A stretch of DNA of 64,000 nt from an uncultured delta proteobacterium (GCA_963733195.1 CAVTCR010000005.1:1-64000), one strand, 5' to 3'. Counted from the stretch's first letter, positions 30,274 to 41,203 are shown. Notes: generated by a model from the sequence alone, not told the origin. Translations and numbers: made by a program.

Positions 30274-32007
30274 TTACTGTAGAGCGCGTGTCACAGCGGC
30301 AACGAGCGTCGTCAGCCCGGCCTCAACATCTTTGCCCAGATGTACCCGCAGTGCCCGTCGCCTACGTTCGACTAATACCTGGAAATCCCCACGTGCCTGC
30401 GCAGCTTTCACGACACCAAACGTGTAGCGCTGTCCAGGCACCGGCACATCAACCGCATCTTCACAGGTAATCTGCAGAAACACTCCGCTGTTCGGCCCCC
30501 CTTTATAAGCTTGACCAGTGGAATGCAGGAATCGCGGGCCAAATCCGAGACACGTCGCGACACGTTTGCGATCTCGTACAAGATGACGGATCGTCTGGAG
30601 CGTACGTTGATGGGCGTCGTTCATCGCAATGTAGGCGAGAATCCCGCAGTAATCGCCAGGTCGTATCTGATCAAGGTACGCTTTCAGTACATTGTCTAAG
30701 GAAAGGGCATGATTCACTGCTTGTTTTATTGCTATCGTATTGCGCTCATCGGTGAAGAGGGACAGTCCGTTCTCAACCAGAAGCGGCGCTTCCGGCGGAA
30801 GCGTTCCGGTTTGTTCATAGGCTGTCGTCAACTGCCGGGTCTCGATTTTGCTCGCTTCTACATCCGGCTGATCGAACGGGTGAATCCCAATAATCGCCCC
30901 AGCCACTGCCGTGGCGATCTCCCAGCGAAAAAACTCTTGTCCGAGATCGTAGGGATCTGAGATGGTGATCCGTACAACCGGCTGCCCAGCTTTCTCCAGC
31001 GCAGCTACCGCGGCTTCCTGCGAAGCATCAAGCGCCGAAGCAAAAGCGGTGTAGACAAAAACCCGATCGTTACCGTACACCGTTGGCGCACCCAACGATT
31101 CGAGATCAATAGGAACGAGCCCCTTCCCTTGCTTTCCAGTCGATTCTGCCAGGAGTTGCTCAAGCCAAGCACCCAGGTCAAAGATTCGTGGAGAAGTAAT
31201 CAGCGTAACCTTGTCGCGGCCGTGTCGTGCTGCCACCCCCAGAATGGTTCCCAGTATGACTCCAGGATTTTCTTCTGGCGGAACGTTCGCACCACACGCA
31301 TGTACCATGATTTCTGCTCGCTGGAGAAACCGCCGCACATCGATACCCATCGCTGCCGCGGGCACCATGCCGAAAGCCGACAGCGCAGAATAGCGTCCAC
31401 CAATACTTGAGACACCAAAGAAGATGCGGCGAAAGCCGTCACCCTCAGCTACTTGCTGCATTTTCGAGCCCGGATCGGTAATTGCGATAAACCGTTTCCC
31501 CACTTCCTGCGCGCCGACCACGGCTTTCACTCGCTCAAAGAAATATTGCTTAAAAATGTTTGGTTCGAGGGTACTTCCCGACTTACTCGCGACAATGAAC
31601 AGAGAGTGAGCCAAGTCTACTTTTCGTTCCGCAGCCAGAACTTGGGCTGGATCAGTCGAGTCAAGAATGTGGAGTGTAGGAAACCCGGCCTGTGGCCCAA
31701 AAGTAAACGCCATCACTTCTGGGCAGAGGCTTGATCCTCCCATGCCTAGTAACAAGATGTCACGAAACGACATCTGCCGTATCTCGTTGGCGAATTGACC
31801 GAGCGTCTCACTCAGCGCCAACTGCTCTTGGACGACAGTAAGCCAGCCAATCCATTTGTCTTCATCGGCTCCAGTCCAGAGGGCTGCGTCCTTCTCCCAT
31901 AACTTGCGCACCTTCCCTTGCGTTCGCCAGTCTACAAGCGAGGCCTGCACGTGTTGCGTAAGATCATTTGGTAAATGGTAACTGAGACGACCAATATTTG
32001 CTTCCAT
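30274..32007 (-). CDS. pgi: Glucose-6-phosphate isomerase (resembles the PGI half of Tal-Pgi fusions)
   Basis: LGMGGSSL, SKSGSTLE, IGGRYSALS, QLLAESTGK, HSTGQAYKGGP. Confidence 0.88.
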   Translation of the reverse strand: MEANIGRLSYHLPNDLTQHVQASLVDWRTQGKVRKLWEKDAALWTGADEDKWIGWLTVVQEQLALSETLGQFANEIRQMSFRDILLLGMGGSSLCPEVMAFTFGPQAGFPTLHILDSTDPAQVLAAERKVDLAHSLFIVASKSGSTLEPNIFKQYFFERVKAVVGAQEVGKRFIAITDPGSKMQQVAEGDGFRRIFFGVSSIGGRYSALSAFGMVPAAAMGIDVRRFLQRAEIMVHACGANVPPEENPGVILGTILGVAARHGRDKVTLITSPRIFDLGAWLEQLLAESTGKQGKGLVPIDLESLGAPTVYGNDRVFVYTAFASALDASQEAAVAALEKAGQPVVRITISDPYDLGQEFFRWEIATAVAGAIIGIHPFDQPDVEASKIETRQLTTAYEQTGTLPPEAPLLVENGLSLFTDERNTIAIKQAVNHALSLDNVLKAYLDQIRPGDYCGILAYIAMNDAHQRTLQTIRHLVRDRKRVATCLGFGPRFLHSTGQAYKGGPNSGVFLQITCEDAVDVPVPGQRYTFGVVKAAQARGDFQVLVERRRRALRVHLGKDVEAGLTTLVAAVTRALQ

Positions 32008-32076
32008 AGCACTCTCCTTCCCATGTTCAACCTATCGCCTTTCCTCTGCGCGAGCAAAGAATTACCTCGAAGAATT

Positions 32077-33396
32077 TCAGGAAACCAACGACTTCTCACA
32101 TGCACGCCCAGCAAGGTAACCGGTGGCCCAGGCCCACTGGAAATTGAAGCCACCGATACGCCCATCGCAATCAAGCATTTCCCCGATTAGGTAGAGTCCT
32201 GCCACTTTGCGCGATTCCATAGTGCGATAGTCTATTTCTTGTAGTGGTATCCCACCAGCCGTGACTTCGGCGAAATTCCAGCCACGATCGCGTTCGATCG
32301 GTAAGACAAAACTGGTTAACCCGTGAACAAGAACTCGCCGTCGTTCGCGTACGAGCTGGCCGAGCAGTAAGCTCGGCTCAAGACCAACCTCCTGCAGAAG
32401 TGCCCGTGCCAAACGATCAGGCAAACGTTCTGCAAGCAGGTTATTCACCGTGCCCCGAGGTCTGGCAGTCGCCATAGTGATCAGCCACTTCTCTACCTGT
32501 TCAAAGTTTTGTCCGGGCAAGAAGTTGCACCGCATCTCGGCTGCCACTCCCTGAGCTCCAGCAAGGGTCCAATGGCGACTCGCATCCATCACCACCGGAC
32601 CACTCACGCCGAAGTGTGTCCACAATAAACTGCCAGTGCGGCGGTCAACGACTTTACCATTCACTACCGTAGACAGCTCAACAACAGTAGCTATGCCCGA
32701 TAACTCAGCATGAAACATTGCCTCCTGTAAAACCAGCGGCACTAACGCTGGAACTGTTGTCGTCACCGAGTGGCCGAGCCGTTGGACAATCTCCCATCCG
32801 TTGCCATCACTTCCTGTTTTTGGCAGTGATCGGCCCCCAGTCGAGAGAATCACACGTCGGGCTTGTAATTCTCCATGTTCCCAACGAACAGTAAAAATCT
32901 TATCCTGTGGATCAGCAAGAGAGATCCTCTCCTTTTGTGGGAGAGGACTAGGGTGAAGGGAAATCGACGGAAGGATATCCAGAACGTGGTGCTCAGTCAG
33001 AATGGTGACACCAAGCTCTTCGCACCGCCGCAAAAGCGCCTGTAGTATAGTCCGAGCACTATCAGACACTGGAAAGAGCTTACCTGTATCCTCCCGTTTC
33101 AGCAGAACCCCTAGCGATGCAAACCAACGAACAGTGGCTTTCTCATTAAAGGCAGCGAGGATATTACGTACGATATTGTGCGACCCATAATAGTCCTCAG
33201 GGTGGATTTCATCGTGAGTCACATTACAGCGGCCGCCACCAGAGACCAGAATTTTTGCGCCGATTTTTCGTGCTGAGTCGAGGACGACAATTGATGGGGA
33301 AGCATTTTTCTCCCGCGCTGCTTCCGCAGCAAAAATCGCAGCAGATAACCCGGCTGCTCCCGCACCAACGATAACGATGTCGTACCTCTGTTCCAT
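32077..33396 (-). CDS. HI0933/BaiN family flavoprotein
   Basis: GAGAAG, GAKILVSGGGRCNVT, VTAGG, GGFNFQWAWATG. Confidence 0.93.
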   Translation of the reverse strand: MEQRYDIVIVGAGAAGLSAAIFAAEAAREKNASPSIVVLDSARKIGAKILVSGGGRCNVTHDEIHPEDYYGSHNIVRNILAAFNEKATVRWFASLGVLLKREDTGKLFPVSDSARTILQALLRRCEELGVTILTEHHVLDILPSISLHPSPLPQKERISLADPQDKIFTVRWEHGELQARRVILSTGGRSLPKTGSDGNGWEIVQRLGHSVTTTVPALVPLVLQEAMFHAELSGIATVVELSTVVNGKVVDRRTGSLLWTHFGVSGPVVMDASRHWTLAGAQGVAAEMRCNFLPGQNFEQVEKWLITMATARPRGTVNNLLAERLPDRLARALLQEVGLEPSLLLGQLVRERRRVLVHGLTSFVLPIERDRGWNFAEVTAGGIPLQEIDYRTMESRKVAGLYLIGEMLDCDGRIGGFNFQWAWATGYLAGRACEKSLVS

Positions 33397-33515
33397 AGTG
33401 TCTTTAACATGCCAGAGACGGCCAAGAGATGAACTCCCCTTTGTGCCCAGCTTCCACTAGCATCCCCGACACGATAAGGAGGAATCAAACAACAAGGACG
33501 AAAAGGACACAAAAC

Positions 33516-34466
33516 ATGTCACCAACTTGGACAGAACGACAACTGACCGTGAACAACCTCTCCATGCACGTCGTTGAACAGGGTACCGGTCCCGCAGTGG
33601 TCTTATGCCACGGCTTTCCTGAATTGTGGTATTCATGGCGGCATCAGATTCCAGCGCTCGCCGGCGCCGGATTTCATGTCATTGCCCCCGACATGCGTGG
33701 GTATGGGAAGACTACGGCTCCTCCACGGGTCGAAGACTACGGAATGGAAAGCATTTGTGGAGATATGGTCGGGCTTCTTGATGCACTGAATAAGAAGTCG
33801 GCGGTGTTCGTTGGGCATGATTGGGGTGGCGTGGTCGTGTGGTCGATGGCGCTTCATTATCCTGATCGGGTGCGAGCAGTCGCTGGTATCAATACGCCAT
33901 TTCTTGAACGTGCCGCACTCAATCCGGCCTGGGTGCAACGCGGCACCAAATGGGATTATCAAGTCTACTTCAACGAAGTCGGTAAAGCGGAAGAAGAATT
34001 CAGTCGTAATGTCCGCCGCGTATTTACGCTACTCTTCCGCACGAGCAAACCTGAAGATGGTGGGGGTGATCCAGTGGGCCTCACTTCAACGGTCATGCAA
34101 CGCGGTGGCATGCTAGTGGGTCTCCCGGAAGACGTGCCGCGTAGCATCATGTTGACTCAAGAAGATCTGGACTATTTTGTCCGTGAATACGAACGTACAG
34201 GCTTTCGTGGTGGGCTCAATTGGTATCGCAATGTGCCACGCAACTGGGAATGGGGTGCGAAGGTCGCAGGAAAACAAGTATTACAACCTGCACTGATGGT
34301 GACTGCTGGTAAAGATGGCGTGCTGACTCCCGACATGGCCGACGGCATGGAACATTGGGTACCAAACCTCACACGTGGTCATATCGAGCAATGCGGCCAT
34401 TGGACCCAGCAAGAAGAGCCGGAGAAATTGAATCGCTTTTTAATTGATTGGTTACAATCACTGTAA
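33516..34466 (+). CDS. Epoxide-hydrolase-type alpha/beta hydrolase
   Basis: HGFPELWYSWRHQ, GHDWGG, GHWTQQE. Confidence 0.92.
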   Translation: MSPTWTERQLTVNNLSMHVVEQGTGPAVVLCHGFPELWYSWRHQIPALAGAGFHVIAPDMRGYGKTTAPPRVEDYGMESICGDMVGLLDALNKKSAVFVGHDWGGVVVWSMALHYPDRVRAVAGINTPFLERAALNPAWVQRGTKWDYQVYFNEVGKAEEEFSRNVRRVFTLLFRTSKPEDGGGDPVGLTSTVMQRGGMLVGLPEDVPRSIMLTQEDLDYFVREYERTGFRGGLNWYRNVPRNWEWGAKVAGKQVLQPALMVTAGKDGVLTPDMADGMEHWVPNLTRGHIEQCGHWTQQEEPEKLNRFLIDWLQSL

Positions 34467-34601
34467 AAGAAGAAGAAGATTCATAGATCCCCGAAGCGAC
34501 GTTGAAGGCAACGCCTGCGCGATAATTGCGCTCTTGCCAGAGTACCTCTGATGTGGGAGTAAGGCTCTTAGGAATACACAACCACAAAGGAGGGCCGCAC
34601 T

Positions 34602-35723
34602 ATGCAGTTAGGCAGAGTTGTTGATTCTGACGGTCACGTACTGGAACCACCTGATCTGTGGAAGAATAACCTCGAAGCCAAGTTTAAGAGTCGCGCGCCG
34701 TACCTCGCTCGCGATGAAGAAGGCTGGGAATCACTCATCGTGGACGGCAAACCCTCTCCCATTAGCCGTGGTTTGGGCGTCGCCTCAGCCTATGGGCAGC
34801 CGACCGAAGTCGCCTTCTCGCGAGAGTTCGGCTATATGGATGGACCAGCAGGGGCGTATGATCCGCATGCCCGTATCAAGCTGCTCGATGAAGATGGCAT
34901 TGATGCGGCAGTTCTCTACCCCACCCTCGGCTTATTATGGGAAGGTGAGGTCAATGACCCTGAACTCGCGATGGCGATCTGTCGAGTCTATAACGACTGG
35001 ATCACTGATTTCTGTCGCTCCTATCCGACTCGTCTCTATCCGATTGCACACATCTCACTGATGGAGGTGGACCGCGCAGTCGCTGAACTCAAACGCTCAG
35101 CAAAACTGGGCGCCAAAGGCGTGATGCTCACCCCCTGGCCAGCCAATAACAGAAGTTATGGCGATACCTACTACGATCCGTTTTGGCAGGTTGCCCAGGA
35201 CCTCAACATTCCGGTTGGCCTTCATGTAATCGCCCGGCCTCAGTACCACGGCCATGAGTGGTACAAAAACCCAACGTTTCATGGTTCGGCGTTTTACTTT
35301 CTATCGGTGACACTAGGTTTCGATATTCAAGCGTCATTCGTGAGCTTCTTTGAAGGTGGAACGCTTGAACGTTTTCCGAATCTCAAATTACTCACACTTG
35401 AAGTCGGTGCTGGCTGGTTGCCTCATTTCATCGAGCGGATGGACAGCAAGTGGGAGCACATCGGTCCCCTCACTGCGTGTAAACGGCCACCGAGTGAGTA
35501 TTTCCGTCGCCAAGTATGGATTGGTGCTGACGTGGACGAAAGTCTGATCCCCGCGGCAAGTGAACTCTGGGGTTCTGACAAGTTCTTCTGGTCCACCGAT
35601 TTTCCGCACTTTGACGGATTCACCAAGCCGCTGGAGCGACTGAAGAAGAGTATCGCTAGTATGCCATTGAAAGATCAACAGAACATTCTCGGCGACAATG
35701 CGAGCCGCGCATACAATCTGTGA
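34602..35723 (+). CDS. Amidohydrolase_2 family protein
   Basis: DSDGHVLEP, LYPT, WSTDFPHFD. Confidence 0.9.
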   Translation: MQLGRVVDSDGHVLEPPDLWKNNLEAKFKSRAPYLARDEEGWESLIVDGKPSPISRGLGVASAYGQPTEVAFSREFGYMDGPAGAYDPHARIKLLDEDGIDAAVLYPTLGLLWEGEVNDPELAMAICRVYNDWITDFCRSYPTRLYPIAHISLMEVDRAVAELKRSAKLGAKGVMLTPWPANNRSYGDTYYDPFWQVAQDLNIPVGLHVIARPQYHGHEWYKNPTFHGSAFYFLSVTLGFDIQASFVSFFEGGTLERFPNLKLLTLEVGAGWLPHFIERMDSKWEHIGPLTACKRPPSEYFRRQVWIGADVDESLIPAASELWGSDKFFWSTDFPHFDGFTKPLERLKKSIASMPLKDQQNILGDNASRAYNL

Positions 35724-35752
35724 CATTTTTACAAATACGATGAATTCAGATT

Positions 35753-35788
35753 CCCTCTCCCCTTGTGGGAGAGGGACAGGGTGAGGGG
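35753..35788. repeat. REP-like hairpin CCCTCTCCC-N-GGGAGAGGG
   Basis: Related copies at 32926-32960 (inside a CDS) and about 42919-42940. Confidence 0.6.
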
Positions 35789-35828
35789 GAACGGTATGAA
35801 TCCGTTTCTTGTCACGCACTCTTCTGAA

Positions 35829-36368
35829 TTACCTACCCCACGGCTCCAACTCGACCTGCAACGCATTGAGGTTCCGCGCCATCATGTTCCAGAAAGACGT
35901 GGCTGCGGTCAGTTCGATTGTGTTCTTCTGACCGATCAGTTTCTCCACGCTCTTAAAGAGGTCGTCATCAACGCGACCTTTCGTGGTCAGATCGTCAGCA
36001 TAGCGGAGAATCAGCTTATCGTTGTCAGTGAAGAGCGAGCTGGTCTGATAGGAACCAATACTATCGATTTGTTCTTGTGTCAGCCCCACCTGCTTAGCGA
36101 TCGCGATATGCCGCACGAAACCATACTCACAGTTGAGCCGCTTCATAAGAATTAGCACGGCTAACTCGCGTTGTTGCTTGTCAAGCGAGGAGTCGTTCAT
36201 AAAGTAATCGGCCAACGGAAAAACCCGCGATGCTAGTTTCGGGCTGTTCGACAATGCTTTGACGACATTCGGTACTTGCTTCACCGAAAATCGTTGCACG
36301 AACGTATCGTACAACTGTCGCGCCTCACCGGTCAGTGTTTCTTTTTCAACGTAGGGTACTCGTGCCAT
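35829..36368 (-). CDS. Carboxymuconolactone decarboxylase/AhpD family protein
   Basis: MARVPY, RELAVL...CEYGFVRH; AAGGAGG RBS. Confidence 0.85.
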   Translation of the reverse strand: MARVPYVEKETLTGEARQLYDTFVQRFSVKQVPNVVKALSNSPKLASRVFPLADYFMNDSSLDKQQRELAVLILMKRLNCEYGFVRHIAIAKQVGLTQEQIDSIGSYQTSSLFTDNDKLILRYADDLTTKGRVDDDLFKSVEKLIGQKNTIELTAATSFWNMMARNLNALQVELEPWGR

Positions 36369-36522
36369 GTTGTGTTTTCCTCCTTTTCCATTCCAAGTTT
36401 CTTTCCCTCTACCTACCTCGCTTCGTTGACGCTGACAAGGGAAACGGTACAGCAACGATAGGTCGGGGAACGAGCAAACATAGGGTGGGCACTGTCCACT
36501 TGATGCGCTAACATAGGCTCTA

Positions 36523-37692
36523 ATGGCTTCCGCCGATTTCAATACTCTCATCGCCCAAGGCGAAAACTTGCACATTGAGTTCAAGCAATGGCCTGTTCAT
36601 CCAGATGATCTTGCTGCGGCGATTACTGCGTTTGCCAATACTGACGGCGGACAAGTGCTGCTGGGAGTGGATGACCACGGTCAAGCAGTTGGCATAGCTG
36701 AAAGCGATCGCGACCGCGTAGCACAAGCAGTCGATAATGTCGCGTTTTATAATATCCACCCGCCCGCTACAGTTGTACTAGAAACCATCACTCTCCCTCA
36801 GGGACCGATAGTGCTCGTCGCACGGATACCGAAAGGCAGTCAGCGCCCCTATCGCACGAATCGCGGCGTCTATTATGTCCGTACCGCTTCAGGCCGCAGG
36901 CAAGCCTCGCGAGAAGAACTGTTACGGTTATTCCAGGCTAGCGAAAGCCTGTACTACGACGAAACGCCAATGCTCTCAACTTCTCAGGGAGACATTGAAG
37001 CACAAGCCCAAGCGGATATACTAGAACTAGCGAGACAGCGAGGAGTTGATGTTGCCGCAATTGATCCGCAAAGACTGCTCCTGAACTGGAAGCTGCTAGC
37101 ACGGAGCAACGGCAACTCTCCCTCACCGTCGCTGGCGTGTTGTTCCTCGCTAGGAATCCTCAGCACTTGCTGCCGACGGCCTACGTCACCGCCTTACGTA
37201 TTCCAGGCACAGACATCAGTGTTGCGCCCGTCCGATCAGAAACATATTGAAGGGCGATTACTACCTATCATCGAAGATACGAAACGATTTCTTGAACTTC
37301 ACCTGCCCCGACCTCACCACATTCATGGACTAGAACCAGAAGTGACACCAGAGTTGCCTACCGAAGTCTTGAGAGAAGCCTTGGTCAACGCTGTCGCCCA
37401 CCGTGACTACACGATCTCTGCACCTATTCGCGTCCTCATTTTTGATAATCGCATCGAGATTCGCACGCCAGGAACATTACCTAACACCGTCACGTTAGAA
37501 AGTCTGCCTTTCGGTATTCACGTGCTCCGTAACCCCATGATTTACAATATGCTCCTCAGAGTCGGCCTTGTGACAGATGCAGGCAGTGGCATTCCGCGTA
37601 TTGTCCGTTTGACTCGCCAGGCCACAGGGCAAGAACCAGTGTTCCGTCAGGAAGGCAATGAGTTCGTGCTCGCGTTGCCGAGGAAGCCGTAG
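36523..37692 (+). CDS. Schlafen/AlbA_2 + HATPase_c_4 domain protein
   Basis: GENLHIEFK, AFANTDGG, REALVNAVAHRDY, IEIRTPG, RNP, GSGI; probable compensating frameshifts near 37110-37230. Confidence 0.85.
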   Translation: MASADFNTLIAQGENLHIEFKQWPVHPDDLAAAITAFANTDGGQVLLGVDDHGQAVGIAESDRDRVAQAVDNVAFYNIHPPATVVLETITLPQGPIVLVARIPKGSQRPYRTNRGVYYVRTASGRRQASREELLRLFQASESLYYDETPMLSTSQGDIEAQAQADILELARQRGVDVAAIDPQRLLLNWKLLARSNGNSPSPSLACCSSLGILSTCCRRPTSPPYVFQAQTSVLRPSDQKHIEGRLLPIIEDTKRFLELHLPRPHHIHGLEPEVTPELPTEVLREALVNAVAHRDYTISAPIRVLIFDNRIEIRTPGTLPNTVTLESLPFGIHVLRNPMIYNMLLRVGLVTDAGSGIPRIVRLTRQATGQEPVFRQEGNEFVLALPRKP

Positions 37693-37791
37693 CGCTGTTT
37701 CCAGAAGGTCATCCTCACACAGACCCCTAGAGCCCTTCGCTTCCCTCTGGTAGAAGTGAACGCTCAGTTACGTAGCAGTAGGAGGAAAGAC

Positions 37792-38940
37792 ATGTCGACC
37801 CAGAACATTGGACCGGCCGTCGATGCAGACGGTCATATTCTTGAACCCCCTGATCTCTGGCAAAAATACATTGATCCCAAATACCGTGACCGCGCGGTGC
37901 GCATTGATCATGACGAGAAAGGCTGGGAAGTGTTATTGTTCGATAACAAACCAGCCGAAGTCGTACGCGGTACGCTCGGTGCACTCGGTGGTGTCGGCAT
38001 GAACCCCGATGAATTCTTCATTCCCGGGAATAAAACCTACATGGATGGTTGCCCGCCCGGCAGCTATGACCCAAAAGCCCGCCTTAAAGTGATGGATGAA
38101 GAAGGCATCGACATCGCTATGCTCTATCCAACCATTGGGATCTTTTGGGAAGGTTGGGTGCAAGATCCGAAACTCGCCACGGCCTACACCCGTGCGTACA
38201 ATCGCTGGCTTGTCGATTTCTGTAGCTACGACAAGAAACGCCTCTTTCCAATTGCACATATCTCACTGATAGACCCTGAGGGTGCGGTCGAAGAAACCAT
38301 CCGAGCTAAGAAAGACGGGTGTGTCGGGGTGTATCTTTCACCCGATATGGTCGCCCGCAGCTACAAACATTTCGATGATCCGGCATTCGTTCGGTTCTGG
38401 GAAACTGTGCAGGATCTACAACTGCCGGTCGGTTTTCATGTGGTCGTCCGAGACCAGCCGTCATTCAACGAATGGATTCGTCAAGATGCGGACTTTGGTT
38501 TGTTTAACTTCACGTTCCTGGCAATTGACGTCATGGCCGGCTTCACGCAGATGATGTCCCTCGCAATGTTCGAAAAGTACCCGCGCATGAAATGCACCGT
38601 CTTAGAGTCTGGTGCAAACTGGATCTCAGCGTGGCTTGATCGTATGGATCATAAATATATTCCAATGAAGAGTCGCTCGACGCTTAAGATGAAGCCGAGC
38701 GAGTATTTCTACCGTCAGTGCGTGGTGTCCGCCGATCCTGATGAAACTATGACAGCTCAAGTGGTCGAACACATGGGCGCAGATTATTTCGTCTGGGCGT
38801 CAGACTACCCCCACATCGATTCGTCCTTCGGCGTAGCAAAAGAAATCAGGGAACGGATCGAGCCGCTTCCGATCGATGCTCAGCGCAAGGTGTTAGGCGG
38901 AAATGCGATCCGGTTTTATAATCTGCCAGTGGGACAATAG
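37792..38940 (+). CDS. Amidohydrolase_2 family protein (paralogue of 34602-35723)
   Basis: DADGHILEP, LYPT, WASDYPHID. Confidence 0.9.
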   Translation: MSTQNIGPAVDADGHILEPPDLWQKYIDPKYRDRAVRIDHDEKGWEVLLFDNKPAEVVRGTLGALGGVGMNPDEFFIPGNKTYMDGCPPGSYDPKARLKVMDEEGIDIAMLYPTIGIFWEGWVQDPKLATAYTRAYNRWLVDFCSYDKKRLFPIAHISLIDPEGAVEETIRAKKDGCVGVYLSPDMVARSYKHFDDPAFVRFWETVQDLQLPVGFHVVVRDQPSFNEWIRQDADFGLFNFTFLAIDVMAGFTQMMSLAMFEKYPRMKCTVLESGANWISAWLDRMDHKYIPMKSRSTLKMKPSEYFYRQCVVSADPDETMTAQVVEHMGADYFVWASDYPHIDSSFGVAKEIRERIEPLPIDAQRKVLGGNAIRFYNLPVGQ

Positions 38941-38989
38941 AAAAGGGCGAAACGGGGAAGCACGCAACACGCCGCAAAGGATATCTCTT

Positions 38990-39424
38990 ATGCCCCACGA
39001 AACACTGCTTAAATTCAATTACCCCAACACGTTGTTACGTGAGTATCAACATTGGGCGGTACTGTTACGACCGAAACAAATAACAGTCGGGAGTCTGGTG
39101 CTAATCTGTACCGAGGATGCGCGGAGCTTTCCTAATATCTCTGCTGGTGCGTTTGTGGAAATGCAAACCGTCACCCGCGACATCGAAACGACGCTAAAGA
39201 AAGTGTTCTCGTTCGATAAGATCAACTACATCTGTCTGATGATGGTCGATCCACAGGTCCATTTCCATGTGCTTCCACGTTACGCTAAACCGCCGACAAT
39301 CGGTGAGAAAGAGTATGCCGACCCATTCTGGCCTGGACCGCCTGATGTCACGAAAGCATTGGATCTCAACGACGAACAATTCACTGGTCTATTAGGGTTG
39401 CTGAAATCACGGTGGCCCCGTTAG
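38990..39424 (+). CDS. HIT family protein
   Basis: DKINY...DPQVHFHVLPRY. Confidence 0.85.
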   Translation: MPHETLLKFNYPNTLLREYQHWAVLLRPKQITVGSLVLICTEDARSFPNISAGAFVEMQTVTRDIETTLKKVFSFDKINYICLMMVDPQVHFHVLPRYAKPPTIGEKEYADPFWPGPPDVTKALDLNDEQFTGLLGLLKSRWPR

Positions 39425-39608
39425 TATTTACGTAATGCCTATCCGAATAACCATCGCCGGTTGATGAAAAACCGTTTGTGCTGAGCGTAGCTTTCGAGCG
39501 AAGTCGAAGCATGAACAGGGACTAACACTAATCTTCGATCCGATAGCAGGGCAGCCTCACCTGGCTGCCCTTTTCATTGTCCGGGCAAGGAAGGGAAGGA
39601 GAACAGGA

Positions 39609-40001
39609 ATGACCGTTGCGATGACAAACGAACCGTTCTTTGAACTGCTAGGCTTACAACCAGAAGAAGTAACACCAGAATTTTGCCGGATGCGTCTGCC
39701 GTTCAAAGCCGATTTACAACAAGCCCGCGGCCTTGTGCACGGCGGAGCCATTGCCTCACTGATTGATAGTGCCGCAGTCCTAGCAATCAAAGCGGCCTCA
39801 ACCGACATTATTGGTGGTGCAACGGTATCGATGACCGTCAACTATCTCGCGCCAGCCCAGCAGATAGACTTGATCGCCGAAGCGCGTATCATTCGGCGTG
39901 GGCGCAGCATCGTGTTCCTCGACGTTGACGTCCTTGCTCCTGACGGTGAACGAGTGGCAAAAGGTCAGCTCATGTACAAAGTGGTGTATAAGAAGGCGTA
40001 A
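39609..40001 (+). CDS. PaaI family thioesterase
   Basis: GLVHGGAIASLID, VNYLAP. Confidence 0.9.
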   Translation: MTVAMTNEPFFELLGLQPEEVTPEFCRMRLPFKADLQQARGLVHGGAIASLIDSAAVLAIKAASTDIIGGATVSMTVNYLAPAQQIDLIAEARIIRRGRSIVFLDVDVLAPDGERVAKGQLMYKVVYKKA

Positions 40002-40089
40002 AGGCGTTTGTGGCTAACATTGCATGTTCGACTCCGCTAGATGGGCAGCTAGGATAGACGTAAGAGAGTAGTCTGGGAGGACTGTATAA

Positions 40090-40706
40090 GTGAATACATG
40101 TGATTTTGCATCGAGACTTTCTGCGATAATTGGGAATTCTTAGCAAAAGATTACATCAATAATCTACAATGTCAGGAAAATCAGATTTGGTATAAAAATG
40201 GGGACAATAAGAAAATCAGCGAAGAACTAATCACTTTGGGTTATTACGTAAAGTATAAGTATGGTCTTAATCAAGAAGTATCGTTCAGGCTTAATCCAAT
40301 TAAAGGAAAAGAACGACATGGCTGGATTAGTAAAAACAGAGAGATATTAGAATCCGTACAAATCGTGATCGCCTATGACGATAGCGGAAGAGGCGGAAGA
40401 AGGTCATCAAAATGAAAGGCGAGGATGTAGTTACTGATGGGTGGGTTGGCGACAGAATGAAAATACTAGAGCGACGAATTAAGCGAGAGAATCGAAAAGA
40501 AAATAAAAAAGGAATATAAAAATATTGATGTGCTATTAGTTGGCGTTAAAGGTTGGTTTGTAAGACGGGCAAATGATGAATACAAAGATCTGCAGCAAAA
40601 TCTGAGCGATTTTATGCAAAGGCTTACAGAAAAATCTCAGTTTCGAGAAGTTGCTATTGTAGATACCGATAATGCTGGGCAAGCTGGGGTAAAGCCTACC
40701 CAATAA
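40090..40706 (+). pseudogene. AT-rich, frame-broken hypothetical gene
   Basis: Sharp drop in GC; protein-like segments (KKISEELITLGYYVK...ESVQIVIAYD; KKEYKNIDVLLVGVK...FREVAIVD) split by frameshifts. Confidence 0.4.
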
Positions 40707-40879
40707 GAAAAAGTAGGGAGGGCAAAAGCGCAGTATTGCCCACCGCTCAGAGCCATACAGACTAACGCAATATAGTGAACGGGCTGCGCCCTACGTTCGC
40801 GCCTCTCAGTAAGCGACGTTCGTATGCAAGAATATCTTATGTTACACTCAGCTACTGAGTATGAAGACACAAGCTGAGT

Positions 40880-41080
40880 TATGGGAGCCTCGAAAATCGA
40901 AGGTGTCGTCGAAAACGGCCAAATTCGACTTGCCTGCTTCTCTACGCTGCAGGTAAGCGGAACGAAGGTCTATGTGGTCATCCCGTAGATTGAGGACCAA
41001 TGTAGCATACATTGGCAGCCCGAGCTTGCGGATCCGGAACAAGCTGGCCGATTTTCAAAAGGAAGTGATTGAGGAACTGT
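40880..41080 (+). pseudogene. Degraded AF2212/DUF104-like antitoxin
   Basis: Fragments IEGVVENGQIRL, TKVYVVIP, AYIGSP, ADFQKEVIEE across frames. Confidence 0.5.
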
Positions 41081-41203
41081 CAGACAGGTCGGTAGAAGAC
41101 TGCATAAAAAACCGCGTGCAAGCCAACTGCCGCTTGTGACCAGTTCCAACGGACTTTTTTGGCGGGAATTGGCGTAATCTGGAGTTTTTCGATCTAACCC
41201 CTC

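Noticed and set aside
36369-36584. Extended N-terminus of the CMD/AhpD ORF
   Set aside because: Overlaps the divergent gene; the RBS and family start (MARVPY) point to 36368.
34602-38940. Two amidohydrolase paralogues flanking the AlbA gene as a dedicated system
   Set aside because: This family is commonly expanded, and there is no coupling or shared motif linking them to the AlbA gene.
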